Positions 56,473-64,000 of a stretch of 64,000 nucleotides of DNA are shown here, one piece after another. Location: contig JBFWLW010000001.1 of NCBI GenBank assembly GCA_050251945.1, positions 416,001 through 480,000 of the forward strand, read 5' to 3'. Every line of letters begins with the position of its first letter. Position 1 is the stretch's first letter. The DNA comes from Deferribacterales bacterium. GTDB taxonomy: Bacteria; Chrysiogenota; Deferribacteres; Deferribacterales; Geovibrionaceae. The notes beneath the pieces were generated by a model. It was not told the origin of the DNA. It saw nothing but the letters and a program-made list of their open reading frames with translations, and made no database searches. A program made the translations under genes and the position numbers.

Positions 56473-58749
56473 TTAAAGATCGACGACTGTTACGGCCTGC
56501 CCACCCTCTTCGTTTGACGCGGTTTTGTATGCTCTGACACGCGGGTCGCTGCGCAGAAATTCCTGAATACCGCTTCTGAGCTGTCCTGTGCCTCTTCCGT
56601 GAACTACATAAAGCCTGTTCAATCCGCCAAGAACTGATTCGTCAAGGGTTTTATCAAGTATATCAAGGGCTTCCTCAACACGCTTACCGACGAGAAGAAG
56701 CTCGTGTTTTACAGAAGGAGCGATGCTCTTAGACACCAGAACGTCTTTCACTCTGTCTTTATTGTCCATTTTTTTACCGATAAGCTCTTTCAGTTTAATA
56801 GATATTTTCAGTCCTCCGATATCCATCCGCGCTGAATCGCCTTCAACAGACAGAACCTTACCGGATTTATCATATTTTTCAAGCCAGACGACATCACCGA
56901 CTTTTACGTTTTCGACAGGTTTTATCTCTTTCTTAACCTTGCCGAGCTTGGTTTCAGCTTTTTTGATATCCTCTTCGACCGTTTCTTTCATTTTGTGCGG
57001 CTTTTCAGCATATTTTTTTGCTCTGTGGTAGAGTCTCAGTGCCTCTTCAAGGAGTTCGGATTCTTTTTTTGCCAGTTTTTCATTGAGTTCCTGTTCGCGA
57101 AGCTCAATAAATTCCTCTTTTTCCTTAAGCTGTGCCTGTAAAAGTTCAAGATCCTTGGTTTTTCCGGCTATCTCCGCCTGCATACGGCTAATCTCCTCGA
57201 CAGAGACCTCCGCATCGCTCTTGTGCTGTTCTATGATAGCTGTTGCCGTTTCTATCACATCGACGGGAAATTTCAGACGTTTTGCTATTACAAGAGGGTC
57301 AGATTTACCAGAAACCCCCTTCAACAGCCTGTATCTTGGTGAAAAATCCGTATAATCGAAATCCACGGCATAGATAACGGAGTTATCTTCTGTCAGCGCG
57401 TGTGTTTTAAGCTCCGTAAAGTGGGTTGTAACGACCGCTTTCGCTTTTTTTGCCGCGAGTTTACGGCATACGGCGACGGCAAGCGCCGCGCCCTCTCTGG
57501 GTTCTGTACCTGTTCCGGCTTCGTCCAGAAGCACAAGGCTCAGACTGTCGGCGGTTTTCAGTATATCTCTGATGTTGACCATATGCGCCGAAAAAGTGGA
57601 AAGATCCATCACCAGCGACTGATTGTCGCCTATATCTGCAAGAATATGGTTAAAATTTACGATTTCGGCGTATTTTCCGAACAGCGGAAGTCCGCATTTG
57701 CCAAGAATATGGTTCAGTCCTATAGATTTCAGCGCCGCAGTTTTACCGCCCGTATTGGGTCCGGTAATAACGGCTGTAACTTCGTTCCCGTTCATCTCAA
57801 AATCCAGCGGAACTGATTCTTTCCCTTTTTCCAGAAAGATTATCGGGTGATGAACGTCCCTGAACACAACGGAATCGGAAAACTCAGGGAACACGAAATC
57901 TTTATTTTTATAGAATTTAGCCGTCTCAAGATGGAAAACGACCTCGGTGTATGCAGCTATTGTATTCTGTATGCGCGGATATGCCTCGAAAATGCTGTCG
58001 GCTATCTCTTTAAGCAGCCTGACCGTCTCTTCGCGTTCCTGCGCCAGACATTCCTGAATAGCGTTGTTAAGCCCAACGGTTGAGGAAGGCTCAACAAAAA
58101 ACGTCTGTCCGCTTGCAGAGCGGTCATGGACGATGCCCTGCATATATTGTTTAAAATTGGTCTTGCAAGGAATGGTGAAACGCCCGTTTCGCTCAGTTAT
58201 GACCTGTTCCTGTACAAACTTTGACGCTGAACCCATGGCGAAGACGCCTGCAAGTTCACGCTGAACCTGTCTGCGCAGCGATTTAAGTTCGCCGCGAACC
58301 TCGGAAAGCCTGTGAGAAGCGCTGTCCTTCACCTCGCCCATATCGTTCACGGTTTCGTCGATACGGTCTGTGATCTCGGAAAGGGTGGATATTTCGCCAA
58401 GATAAAGCTTAAGATGTTCTGCTTTACGGTCTATCAGCCCTTTTTTGATATCCCTGACCCCCCGGAAGAATCCGGCAAATACCAGAAGTTCGTCAGGTTC
58501 CAGAAACAGAAGCGGATCGTTCAGCTTCGGCATAACGGCGAGAAACTCGTCGTCTTTCGGGATATATACGTCAGAGACCGCGACAACATAATCCAGAGCT
58601 TCGTTAAGCTCGGCTTTATACCGCTCTATCTTGTCCAGAGCGTAATATGGTTTCAGGGCGTTCAGTCTGCCCTTTGCCAGAGCAGAACTGAACCCCTTTT
58701 CCATGTATTGTTTGAAAAGTCCGAATTCTAAAGTGTCTAAATGAATCAT
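56473..58749 (-). CDS. mutS2: Endonuclease MutS2 with Smr domain
   Basis: TGPNTGGKT, DIGD.QS...LSTFS, DE.G.GT.P.EG, TTH and HGRGTG motifs. Confidence 0.95.
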   Translation of the reverse strand: MIHLDTLEFGLFKQYMEKGFSSALAKGRLNALKPYYALDKIERYKAELNEALDYVVAVSDVYIPKDDEFLAVMPKLNDPLLFLEPDELLVFAGFFRGVRDIKKGLIDRKAEHLKLYLGEISTLSEITDRIDETVNDMGEVKDSASHRLSEVRGELKSLRRQVQRELAGVFAMGSASKFVQEQVITERNGRFTIPCKTNFKQYMQGIVHDRSASGQTFFVEPSSTVGLNNAIQECLAQEREETVRLLKEIADSIFEAYPRIQNTIAAYTEVVFHLETAKFYKNKDFVFPEFSDSVVFRDVHHPIIFLEKGKESVPLDFEMNGNEVTAVITGPNTGGKTAALKSIGLNHILGKCGLPLFGKYAEIVNFNHILADIGDNQSLVMDLSTFSAHMVNIRDILKTADSLSLVLLDEAGTGTEPREGAALAVAVCRKLAAKKAKAVVTTHFTELKTHALTEDNSVIYAVDFDYTDFSPRYRLLKGVSGKSDPLVIAKRLKFPVDVIETATAIIEQHKSDAEVSVEEISRMQAEIAGKTKDLELLQAQLKEKEEFIELREQELNEKLAKKESELLEEALRLYHRAKKYAEKPHKMKETVEEDIKKAETKLGKVKKEIKPVENVKVGDVVWLEKYDKSGKVLSVEGDSARMDIGGLKISIKLKELIGKKMDNKDRVKDVLVSKSIAPSVKHELLLVGKRVEEALDILDKTLDESVLGGLNRLYVVHGRGTGQLRSGIQEFLRSDPRVRAYKTASNEEGGQAVTVVDL

Positions 58750-59444
58750 CAGTTTTTCTGAAAATCTTCCTCAAGAACCCTTGCCTCTTTTTTGGGCGCA
58801 GGTTTGGCGTTTTCGCCTTTTTTGCCGGCATCGTCTGTTTTAGCTTTTGCTGTTTCCTGAGCAGGCTCTTCGGTCTGTTCAACAGCAGCCTTCGCCTTTG
58901 CATCTTCTATCGCCTGCTGAACTGATTCGGCAGACGGAATGTCAAAAGGGTTGTTTTTTTTTGCCTCCGGAATCCTGTTCATAAATTCGTAAACGTCCGG
59001 AGCGAACGCCGCAAGTTTACGGGAGACTGAACCCTCTTTCATACTGGCGAGGATACTGCTGTCCGGTGACAGGGTGGTCATAAGGAAGCTTAAGAACACG
59101 CTGAGTATAGCCGCTGCCTTAAGCCCGCCGAAGATGGCGCCGACACCCTGATTCATCCAGCCGAGTTTGACCTCTTTAAAAAGTCTGGACAGTATGGTGC
59201 CGATGAATATCATCACGCCGTATGCGACGAAGAATGCAACTATGTAGCCCAGCGCCTGAGTTGTTCTCTCGGACATGCCGAAGACCTTAAGCTGCTGTGC
59301 AAACACAGGCGAATAAAGATAAGCCGTCAGAAAGCCCGCTATGAGGGCTATCATGCCGAATATCTCCATCACGATACCTTTTATGTAGCCCTTAAAAGCT
59401 ACGATACCGATTATAACGAGGACAATTACATCAATTATTCCCAT
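58749..59444 (-). CDS. CvpA family membrane protein with charged C-terminal tail
   Basis: ID.....G..KG...E and G.IFG..K motifs; lies directly upstream of mutS2. Confidence 0.88.
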   Translation of the reverse strand: MGIIDVIVLVIIGIVAFKGYIKGIVMEIFGMIALIAGFLTAYLYSPVFAQQLKVFGMSERTTQALGYIVAFFVAYGVMIFIGTILSRLFKEVKLGWMNQGVGAIFGGLKAAAILSVFLSFLMTTLSPDSSILASMKEGSVSRKLAAFAPDVYEFMNRIPEAKKNNPFDIPSAESVQQAIEDAKAKAAVEQTEEPAQETAKAKTDDAGKKGENAKPAPKKEARVLEEDFQKN

Positions 59445-59883
59445 CAAATGCATCCTTAACAAGCTGATTGACGATCTTGCCGTCAGCCTTGCCCGCGGTT
59501 TTTGCCATTACTGCCTGCATAACCTTTCCGAAATTCTTTTTATCGGATGTATCAACACCCTCGCATGCCGCCTTAACAACGGCTTTGATCTCATCTTCGC
59601 TCATCTGTTCGGGCATATATCCGGCGAGGAATTTTGCCTCTGCAAGTTCTTTATCGGCAAGGTCTTCTCTTCCGGCAGCCTTATACTGGTCTGCGGCATC
59701 CCTGCGTCTTTTCATGGCAGAAGCGATAACCTTCTGAACTCCGGCATCGTCAAGCTCTGCTTTCGCGTCTATCTCAGTGTTCTTTATCTCCGCACGGAGC
59801 ATACGCACAGTATCCAGAGCAAGCTGATTTTTCTCCTTCATGAACGTTTTCATATCTTCCGTGATTCTTTCTTTAAGTGACAT
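59431..59883 (-). CDS. GatB/YqeY domain protein
   Basis: MSLKE.I..DMK..MK, GREDLA.KE, Y.P.Q.S and G.ADGK motifs. Confidence 0.93.
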   Translation of the reverse strand: MSLKERITEDMKTFMKEKNQLALDTVRMLRAEIKNTEIDAKAELDDAGVQKVIASAMKRRRDAADQYKAAGREDLADKELAEAKFLAGYMPEQMSEDEIKAVVKAACEGVDTSDKKNFGKVMQAVMAKTAGKADGKIVNQLVKDAFDGNN

Positions 59884-60380
59884 CAGTGATTCTCCTTACC
59901 AACCAGCCGCGCAAGGATATAAAGCCCGTCCGACAGCCTGTTGATATATTTTATAACAGCGGCATCTACATTAGCACATGCGGAAAGACTTATCAATCGT
60001 CTTTCAAAACGACGGCAAACCGTGCGGCATATGTCCGCCTTAGCCGCTCTTATATTTTCGGATGGAATGATAAAACCTTTAAGATTAAGCTGTTTTTCAT
60101 TATCGGATATAAATTTTTCCAGAAACTCAAGCGCACCGTCGGGAAGATGAAATTTCACGCCGGAAGTTTCGGCGCAGTGCGAATTTACGATAAAGATGTT
60201 CTTCTGGAAATGCTCAATAAGCTCTTTATGCTCAGGCAGAATAAATTTCAGCTCGCCAAGGTTGCTGACAAGCTCGTCGCCCGTACCCAGCACCTCAATG
60301 CGGATGTCGTCCTTGTTCACACGCTCGCCGCTGAAAAGTGATGTCTGCCCTTTGTCGCCGCCTTTGGTCGTGACACTCAT
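59883..60380 (-). CDS. PduO-type cob(I)alamin adenosyltransferase
   Basis: TKGGDKGQTSL..GERV.K, RTVCRR.ER and NRLSD motifs. Confidence 0.92.
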   Translation of the reverse strand: MSVTTKGGDKGQTSLFSGERVNKDDIRIEVLGTGDELVSNLGELKFILPEHKELIEHFQKNIFIVNSHCAETSGVKFHLPDGALEFLEKFISDNEKQLNLKGFIIPSENIRAAKADICRTVCRRFERRLISLSACANVDAAVIKYINRLSDGLYILARLVGKENH

Positions 60381-61342
60381 TAAACGCTCAGCTCCTCTGC
60401 TATCTTTATCATGGTAGCGTCCAGTTCCCGCTTTTTAGTCAGCACTTCCTCAAGGGGAGTGAAAACTATCTCCCGTCCGCCAAGACCTGCCATGACCCCT
60501 GTTCTGCCTTCGATAAGCCCCTTAACGGCGGCAGAACCGAGGCGCGTTGCCAGTGTTCTGTCGAAAACGGATGGTGCGCCGCCGCGTTGCAGGTGACCGA
60601 GAACGGTTATCCGCGTGTCGAACCCGCCGATAAGCTGAAACGCTTTGCCAATGTCATAAGCACTTCCGGCACCCTCTGCAACTATTACGATGCTTCTGGA
60701 TTTACCTTCGATATATCTGACCTTTATCTTGTTGATAATGTTTTCAATGTTATATGCAACCTCAGGGATTACAACAGCCTCCGCACCTGTTGCAATAGCA
60801 GACATCAGGGCGAGGTATCCGCAGTTTCTGCCCATAACCTCTATCAGAAAAGTTCTGTCATGTGAGCTTGCGGTCTCATTTATCATGTCAACGGCGCGGC
60901 AGATTGTGTTCAGCGCAGTGTCAACACCTATGGAGATGCTTGTTCCGTATATGTCGTTGTCTATTGAACCTGGTAGACCTATGACCTTCACGCCGTATTT
61001 GTCGCTCAAAATCCGCGCTCCGGTGAGCGACCCGTCACCGCCTATTACGACAAGCCCTTCGATACCGTGTATCTGGAGCTGCTGAACAGCCGCCTGCTGC
61101 CCCTCGGGAGTTTTGAACTCAAGACATCTTGCACTTTTTAGGAACGTGCCGCCCCTTGAAATCATGTTTGCGACGTCTTTGCTCTCAAGCAGTTTTATTT
61201 TGCCGTCTATCAGTCCTTTGTACCCCTGTTCGATACCGAATACCTCAATACCGTTTGCAATGCCCGTTCGTACAACGCTTCTGATAGCGGCATTCATGCC
61301 CGGGCAGTCGCCCCCGCTGGTCATAACTCCTATTCTGTTCAT
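60380..61342 (-). CDS. pfkA: ATP-dependent 6-phosphofructokinase
   Basis: TSGGD.PGMN, GGDGS, PGSIDND, EVMGR and LGH.QRGG motifs. Confidence 0.96.
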   Translation of the reverse strand: MNRIGVMTSGGDCPGMNAAIRSVVRTGIANGIEVFGIEQGYKGLIDGKIKLLESKDVANMISRGGTFLKSARCLEFKTPEGQQAAVQQLQIHGIEGLVVIGGDGSLTGARILSDKYGVKVIGLPGSIDNDIYGTSISIGVDTALNTICRAVDMINETASSHDRTFLIEVMGRNCGYLALMSAIATGAEAVVIPEVAYNIENIINKIKVRYIEGKSRSIVIVAEGAGSAYDIGKAFQLIGGFDTRITVLGHLQRGGAPSVFDRTLATRLGSAAVKGLIEGRTGVMAGLGGREIVFTPLEEVLTKKRELDATMIKIAEELSV

Positions 61343-61352
61343 ATGTATTCTC

Positions 61353-63437
61353 CTATTTTGTTTTCATGGTATATGTTCCGTCCCATTCTGCCGACGGCGC
61401 ATCTTCGATGTATTCTCTGCACCGCTCGGTGAAAACGGATGATGTAGGATCGCCTGCAGTCTCAAGCTCTGTAAAGACAGCAAGAGCGCCCTCAAAGTTC
61501 CTTGCGAAATACATATCCAGCCCCTGATGAAATTTTTCCGCCAATTCAATATTTTCGGGGGTATTTTCCATCACCTCGTATATTTCGACAGGTTCCTTTT
61601 TGCCTTTCACACGCACCTTGTCCAGCTTGCGCGACAGATACTGCTGTTTGCAGTGGGCAAGGGTATATTCACTGACCACTATACGCGTTTTATAAGCCTT
61701 GCAGAGCCCTTCCAGCCTTGAAGCAAGGTTAACGCTGTCACCTATTGCAGTGTATTCAAAACGCACGGTAGAACCCATGTTCCCGCATACGGCGGGACCT
61801 GAATTCACACCTACGCCCACGTCTATGTTCGGAAGTCCGGTTTCCGTAAATCGTCCGTTAATCTCATGCAGTGTACGGATAAGCTCCAGTGCCGTCTTGA
61901 CAGCCATATCCGCATGGTCGGGCAGATCCAGCGGAGTGTTGAACAGCGCCATCATGGCATCGCCTATGTATTTATCCAGCATCCCCTTGTTGCGGAGGAC
62001 AACTTTGGTCATAGGGTCGTGTATCTTGTTCAGCATGGATGTCAGCTCCGATGCCGTAAGTTTTTCGGAAAGAGTTGTGAAACCTCTGATGTCGGAGAAC
62101 ATTATAGTGATAAAACGTTCCTCGCCGCCCAGTTTCAGTTTGTCCGGATTTTTCTGTATCTCCTCAACAAGTTCCGGTGAAACATACGAAGCGAATGCCT
62201 TTTTAACCTCTTTTGCTTTTCGTTCCACAGTGAAAAAGGCAAAGGATTCCAGCGTCATAATCATAAGCGCGGAAGGCGCCATAGTATAAAATTCATGCTG
62301 CCAGTGGTTGCCGAAAATGAACATCGCGTACGATGCCGCAAGTGTTGCCGCAAACGAACCTATATAAAGCATAATCCTGTAATGCTGTTTGCGCAGATAA
62401 CTTATCATGAAGATAACAAGCATCAGAACAACGACGGAAGAATAGTCGTAAACATGAGAAGTGTTCAGAAATTCGTTATTGAGCAGGTTGCTCAGTGCCA
62501 CATAGTGAAGGGAAACCCCGGGGGTAACGGCGTCTGTGGGGGTTGGACGCATATCGTAGATACCCACTTCGGTGACACCGACAATGACCATCTTGTCCTT
62601 GAAAAATGAGGGCGGTACCTCGCCGTTTATAACTTTATAAGCTGAAACATACTGCACGTCGTCATAATAGTTCAGCCGGAAGTATGAATCGTCTTTGATA
62701 TTAACCTTATCTATCTTAAAGCTTTTAACACCCTTCTCGTTCAGGACAAGGTCAGCGTCTTTGTTCAGTCCGTAACGCATCATCTGAACTGCAAGTGGCG
62801 GAAAAATGTAACCTTTGTGGATGTATGCCAGCGGATAGTTCCTGTAAAGTCCGTCCACATCCGGTTCCGTGCTGAAAGACGCGCATGTGAGACCGGATTC
62901 GGCAACTATGGGGATATTCACCTCGGCATATGGAAACTCTTTGATACCGACTGACTTTCCCTGAACGTCGTAATTAAGGTAGGCGCAGTTTTCAAGATAG
63001 TCTATCGCCTGCTCCGTGGTCTCCTCTGTCGCCTCTCCTCTGAAAAAGAAACCCAGAATAACGTTTCCGCTGTTCGCTATGGAATCAGCCAGTGCCTCGT
63101 CGCTCTTTTCATCGGAGTGTTCGGAGAAAACGATATCAAGCCCCACGATCGAAGCCTGACTGAGATTTGAGAACATCTTTGCTATAACGTCCCGCGGCCA
63201 TACCCATCGTCCGAGAATATTGACGCTGGGTTCATCCACCGTAACGATAACAAGTCTTTTATCGGGCTTCGGCGCCATGCCCAGCCCGCTTCGGACAGCG
63301 AATTTCAGATCCTCTATACCGAGAGAAAATTTTTCTATGAAAACGGGTTTGTGATAAACCCCTGTACATCCGATTAGAATGAATAGGATAAGAATTATGA
63401 GCCTGTAATTTTTAAGAAGCTTTTTCAGAAAAGGCAT
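61353..63437 (-). CDS. CHASE2-domain class III adenylate/guanylate cyclase
   Basis: G.W.WPR and DI.FSE CHASE2 motifs; FSDIRGFT, DKYIGDA and GDSVNLASRLE. Confidence 0.93.
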   Translation of the reverse strand: MPFLKKLLKNYRLIILILFILIGCTGVYHKPVFIEKFSLGIEDLKFAVRSGLGMAPKPDKRLVIVTVDEPSVNILGRWVWPRDVIAKMFSNLSQASIVGLDIVFSEHSDEKSDEALADSIANSGNVILGFFFRGEATEETTEQAIDYLENCAYLNYDVQGKSVGIKEFPYAEVNIPIVAESGLTCASFSTEPDVDGLYRNYPLAYIHKGYIFPPLAVQMMRYGLNKDADLVLNEKGVKSFKIDKVNIKDDSYFRLNYYDDVQYVSAYKVINGEVPPSFFKDKMVIVGVTEVGIYDMRPTPTDAVTPGVSLHYVALSNLLNNEFLNTSHVYDYSSVVVLMLVIFMISYLRKQHYRIMLYIGSFAATLAASYAMFIFGNHWQHEFYTMAPSALMIMTLESFAFFTVERKAKEVKKAFASYVSPELVEEIQKNPDKLKLGGEERFITIMFSDIRGFTTLSEKLTASELTSMLNKIHDPMTKVVLRNKGMLDKYIGDAMMALFNTPLDLPDHADMAVKTALELIRTLHEINGRFTETGLPNIDVGVGVNSGPAVCGNMGSTVRFEYTAIGDSVNLASRLEGLCKAYKTRIVVSEYTLAHCKQQYLSRKLDKVRVKGKKEPVEIYEVMENTPENIELAEKFHQGLDMYFARNFEGALAVFTELETAGDPTSSVFTERCREYIEDAPSAEWDGTYTMKTK

Positions 63438-63505
63438 AAGTTTTCCTGTCCGGTTTGTTATGACAATATTTACACAGAAACAGAGCGGGTTCAATTAAAT
63501 TTACG

Positions 63506-63534
63506 CAAAAAAAAGAGCGGTCAAAAGACCGCCC
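63506..63534 (-). terminator. Intrinsic terminator
   Basis: Minus strand GGGCGGTC-TTTT-GACCGCTC followed by T8. Confidence 0.8.
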
Positions 63535-63536
63535 GT

Positions 63537-64000
63537 TCAATATAACTTTTCAACCTGAATCAGATAATCGTTCAGGCGCACTATCTTATAGTTCGGTTTG
63601 CTGCTTATGGCAGTCGCCAGATACAGCGCTTTTTCCGGATATTTCACGTCAAGCGTGTCCTTTCCGTTATCGTTCACCTCAAGAACCCATGCAGTATAAC
63701 TTAATGTCTGCTTCAGATCCATAAGGTCTTCAATGGTGCTTTTGCCAACAAGCTGAACGCGTATGCTCTTGCTATTGATACCTTTTATCTTTTCAAGAAC
63801 AGTGCTTACCAGCTTTGTGGAAACTTCATTGTTCATGTTGTCCATCATCTGATGTGTGGCATCTTCAAGAGTAGCGCCCATTCCCCTCGCGGAGATGAAA
63901 TCGCTTGCAAGTATCTTTGTGCCGGAACCCTGCTGAACAAGCAGACGGTATGAAAGCCTTCCCGTAACCACGTTGAAAGGGATCGAAACGCCGTAGCCGA
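63537..64000 (-). CDS. Hypothetical protein, C-terminal part (runs off the window edge)
   Basis: The frame of ORF 63537..63971 stays open to the window end; followed by a terminator. Confidence 0.7.
   Translation of the reverse strand, partial: GYGVSIPFNVVTGRLSYRLLVQQGSGTKILASDFISARGMGATLEDATHQMMDNMNNEVSTKLVSTVLEKIKGINSKSIRVQLVGKSTIEDLMDLKQTLSYTAWVLEVNDNGKDTLDVKYPEKALYLATAISSKPNYKIVRLNDYLIQVEKLY

Overview
This is a densely coding, moderate-GC bacterial chromosome segment. Gene content suggests a Gram-negative anaerobe, possibly Deferribacterota (Denitrovibrio/Seleniivibrio-like); that assignment is an inference and was not checked. Housekeeping content includes argS, tRNA-Val(GAC), ispB-amrS-apbE-NusG_II-Gx-maf-acyl-CoA ligase-priA, prmA-phosphoesterase-rsmE-tadA, a complete trpEGDCFBA operon, wrbA, suhB, zapE and a cyclase-pfkA-pduO-yqeY-cvpA-mutS2 run. 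No CRISPR array, transposase or prophage was seen. Five things stand out. (1) A tightly coupled, apparently uncharacterised biosynthetic operon at 4.9-9.3 kb: pyruvoyl AdoMetDC-like enzyme, GNAT, ATP-grasp ligase, CTPxD-type PLP decarboxylase and a Lys/Pro/Asp-rich secreted protein. (2) A family of ~142-bp non-autonomous elements with IS1182-like ends that carry CGTC-tagged palindromes and duplicate the terminators they insert into. (3) A 20-aa WWW trp leader peptide missing from the ORF track, apparently leaderless and followed by two terminator hairpins. (4) A NosL/ABC/Cys-rich membrane protein operon with no nosZ in the window. (5) A minimal RlmN/Cfr-like radical SAM enzyme and a ModA-like binding protein-histidine kinase-HD-GYP signalling unit. 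All family calls come from motif recognition by eye; no database search was run.
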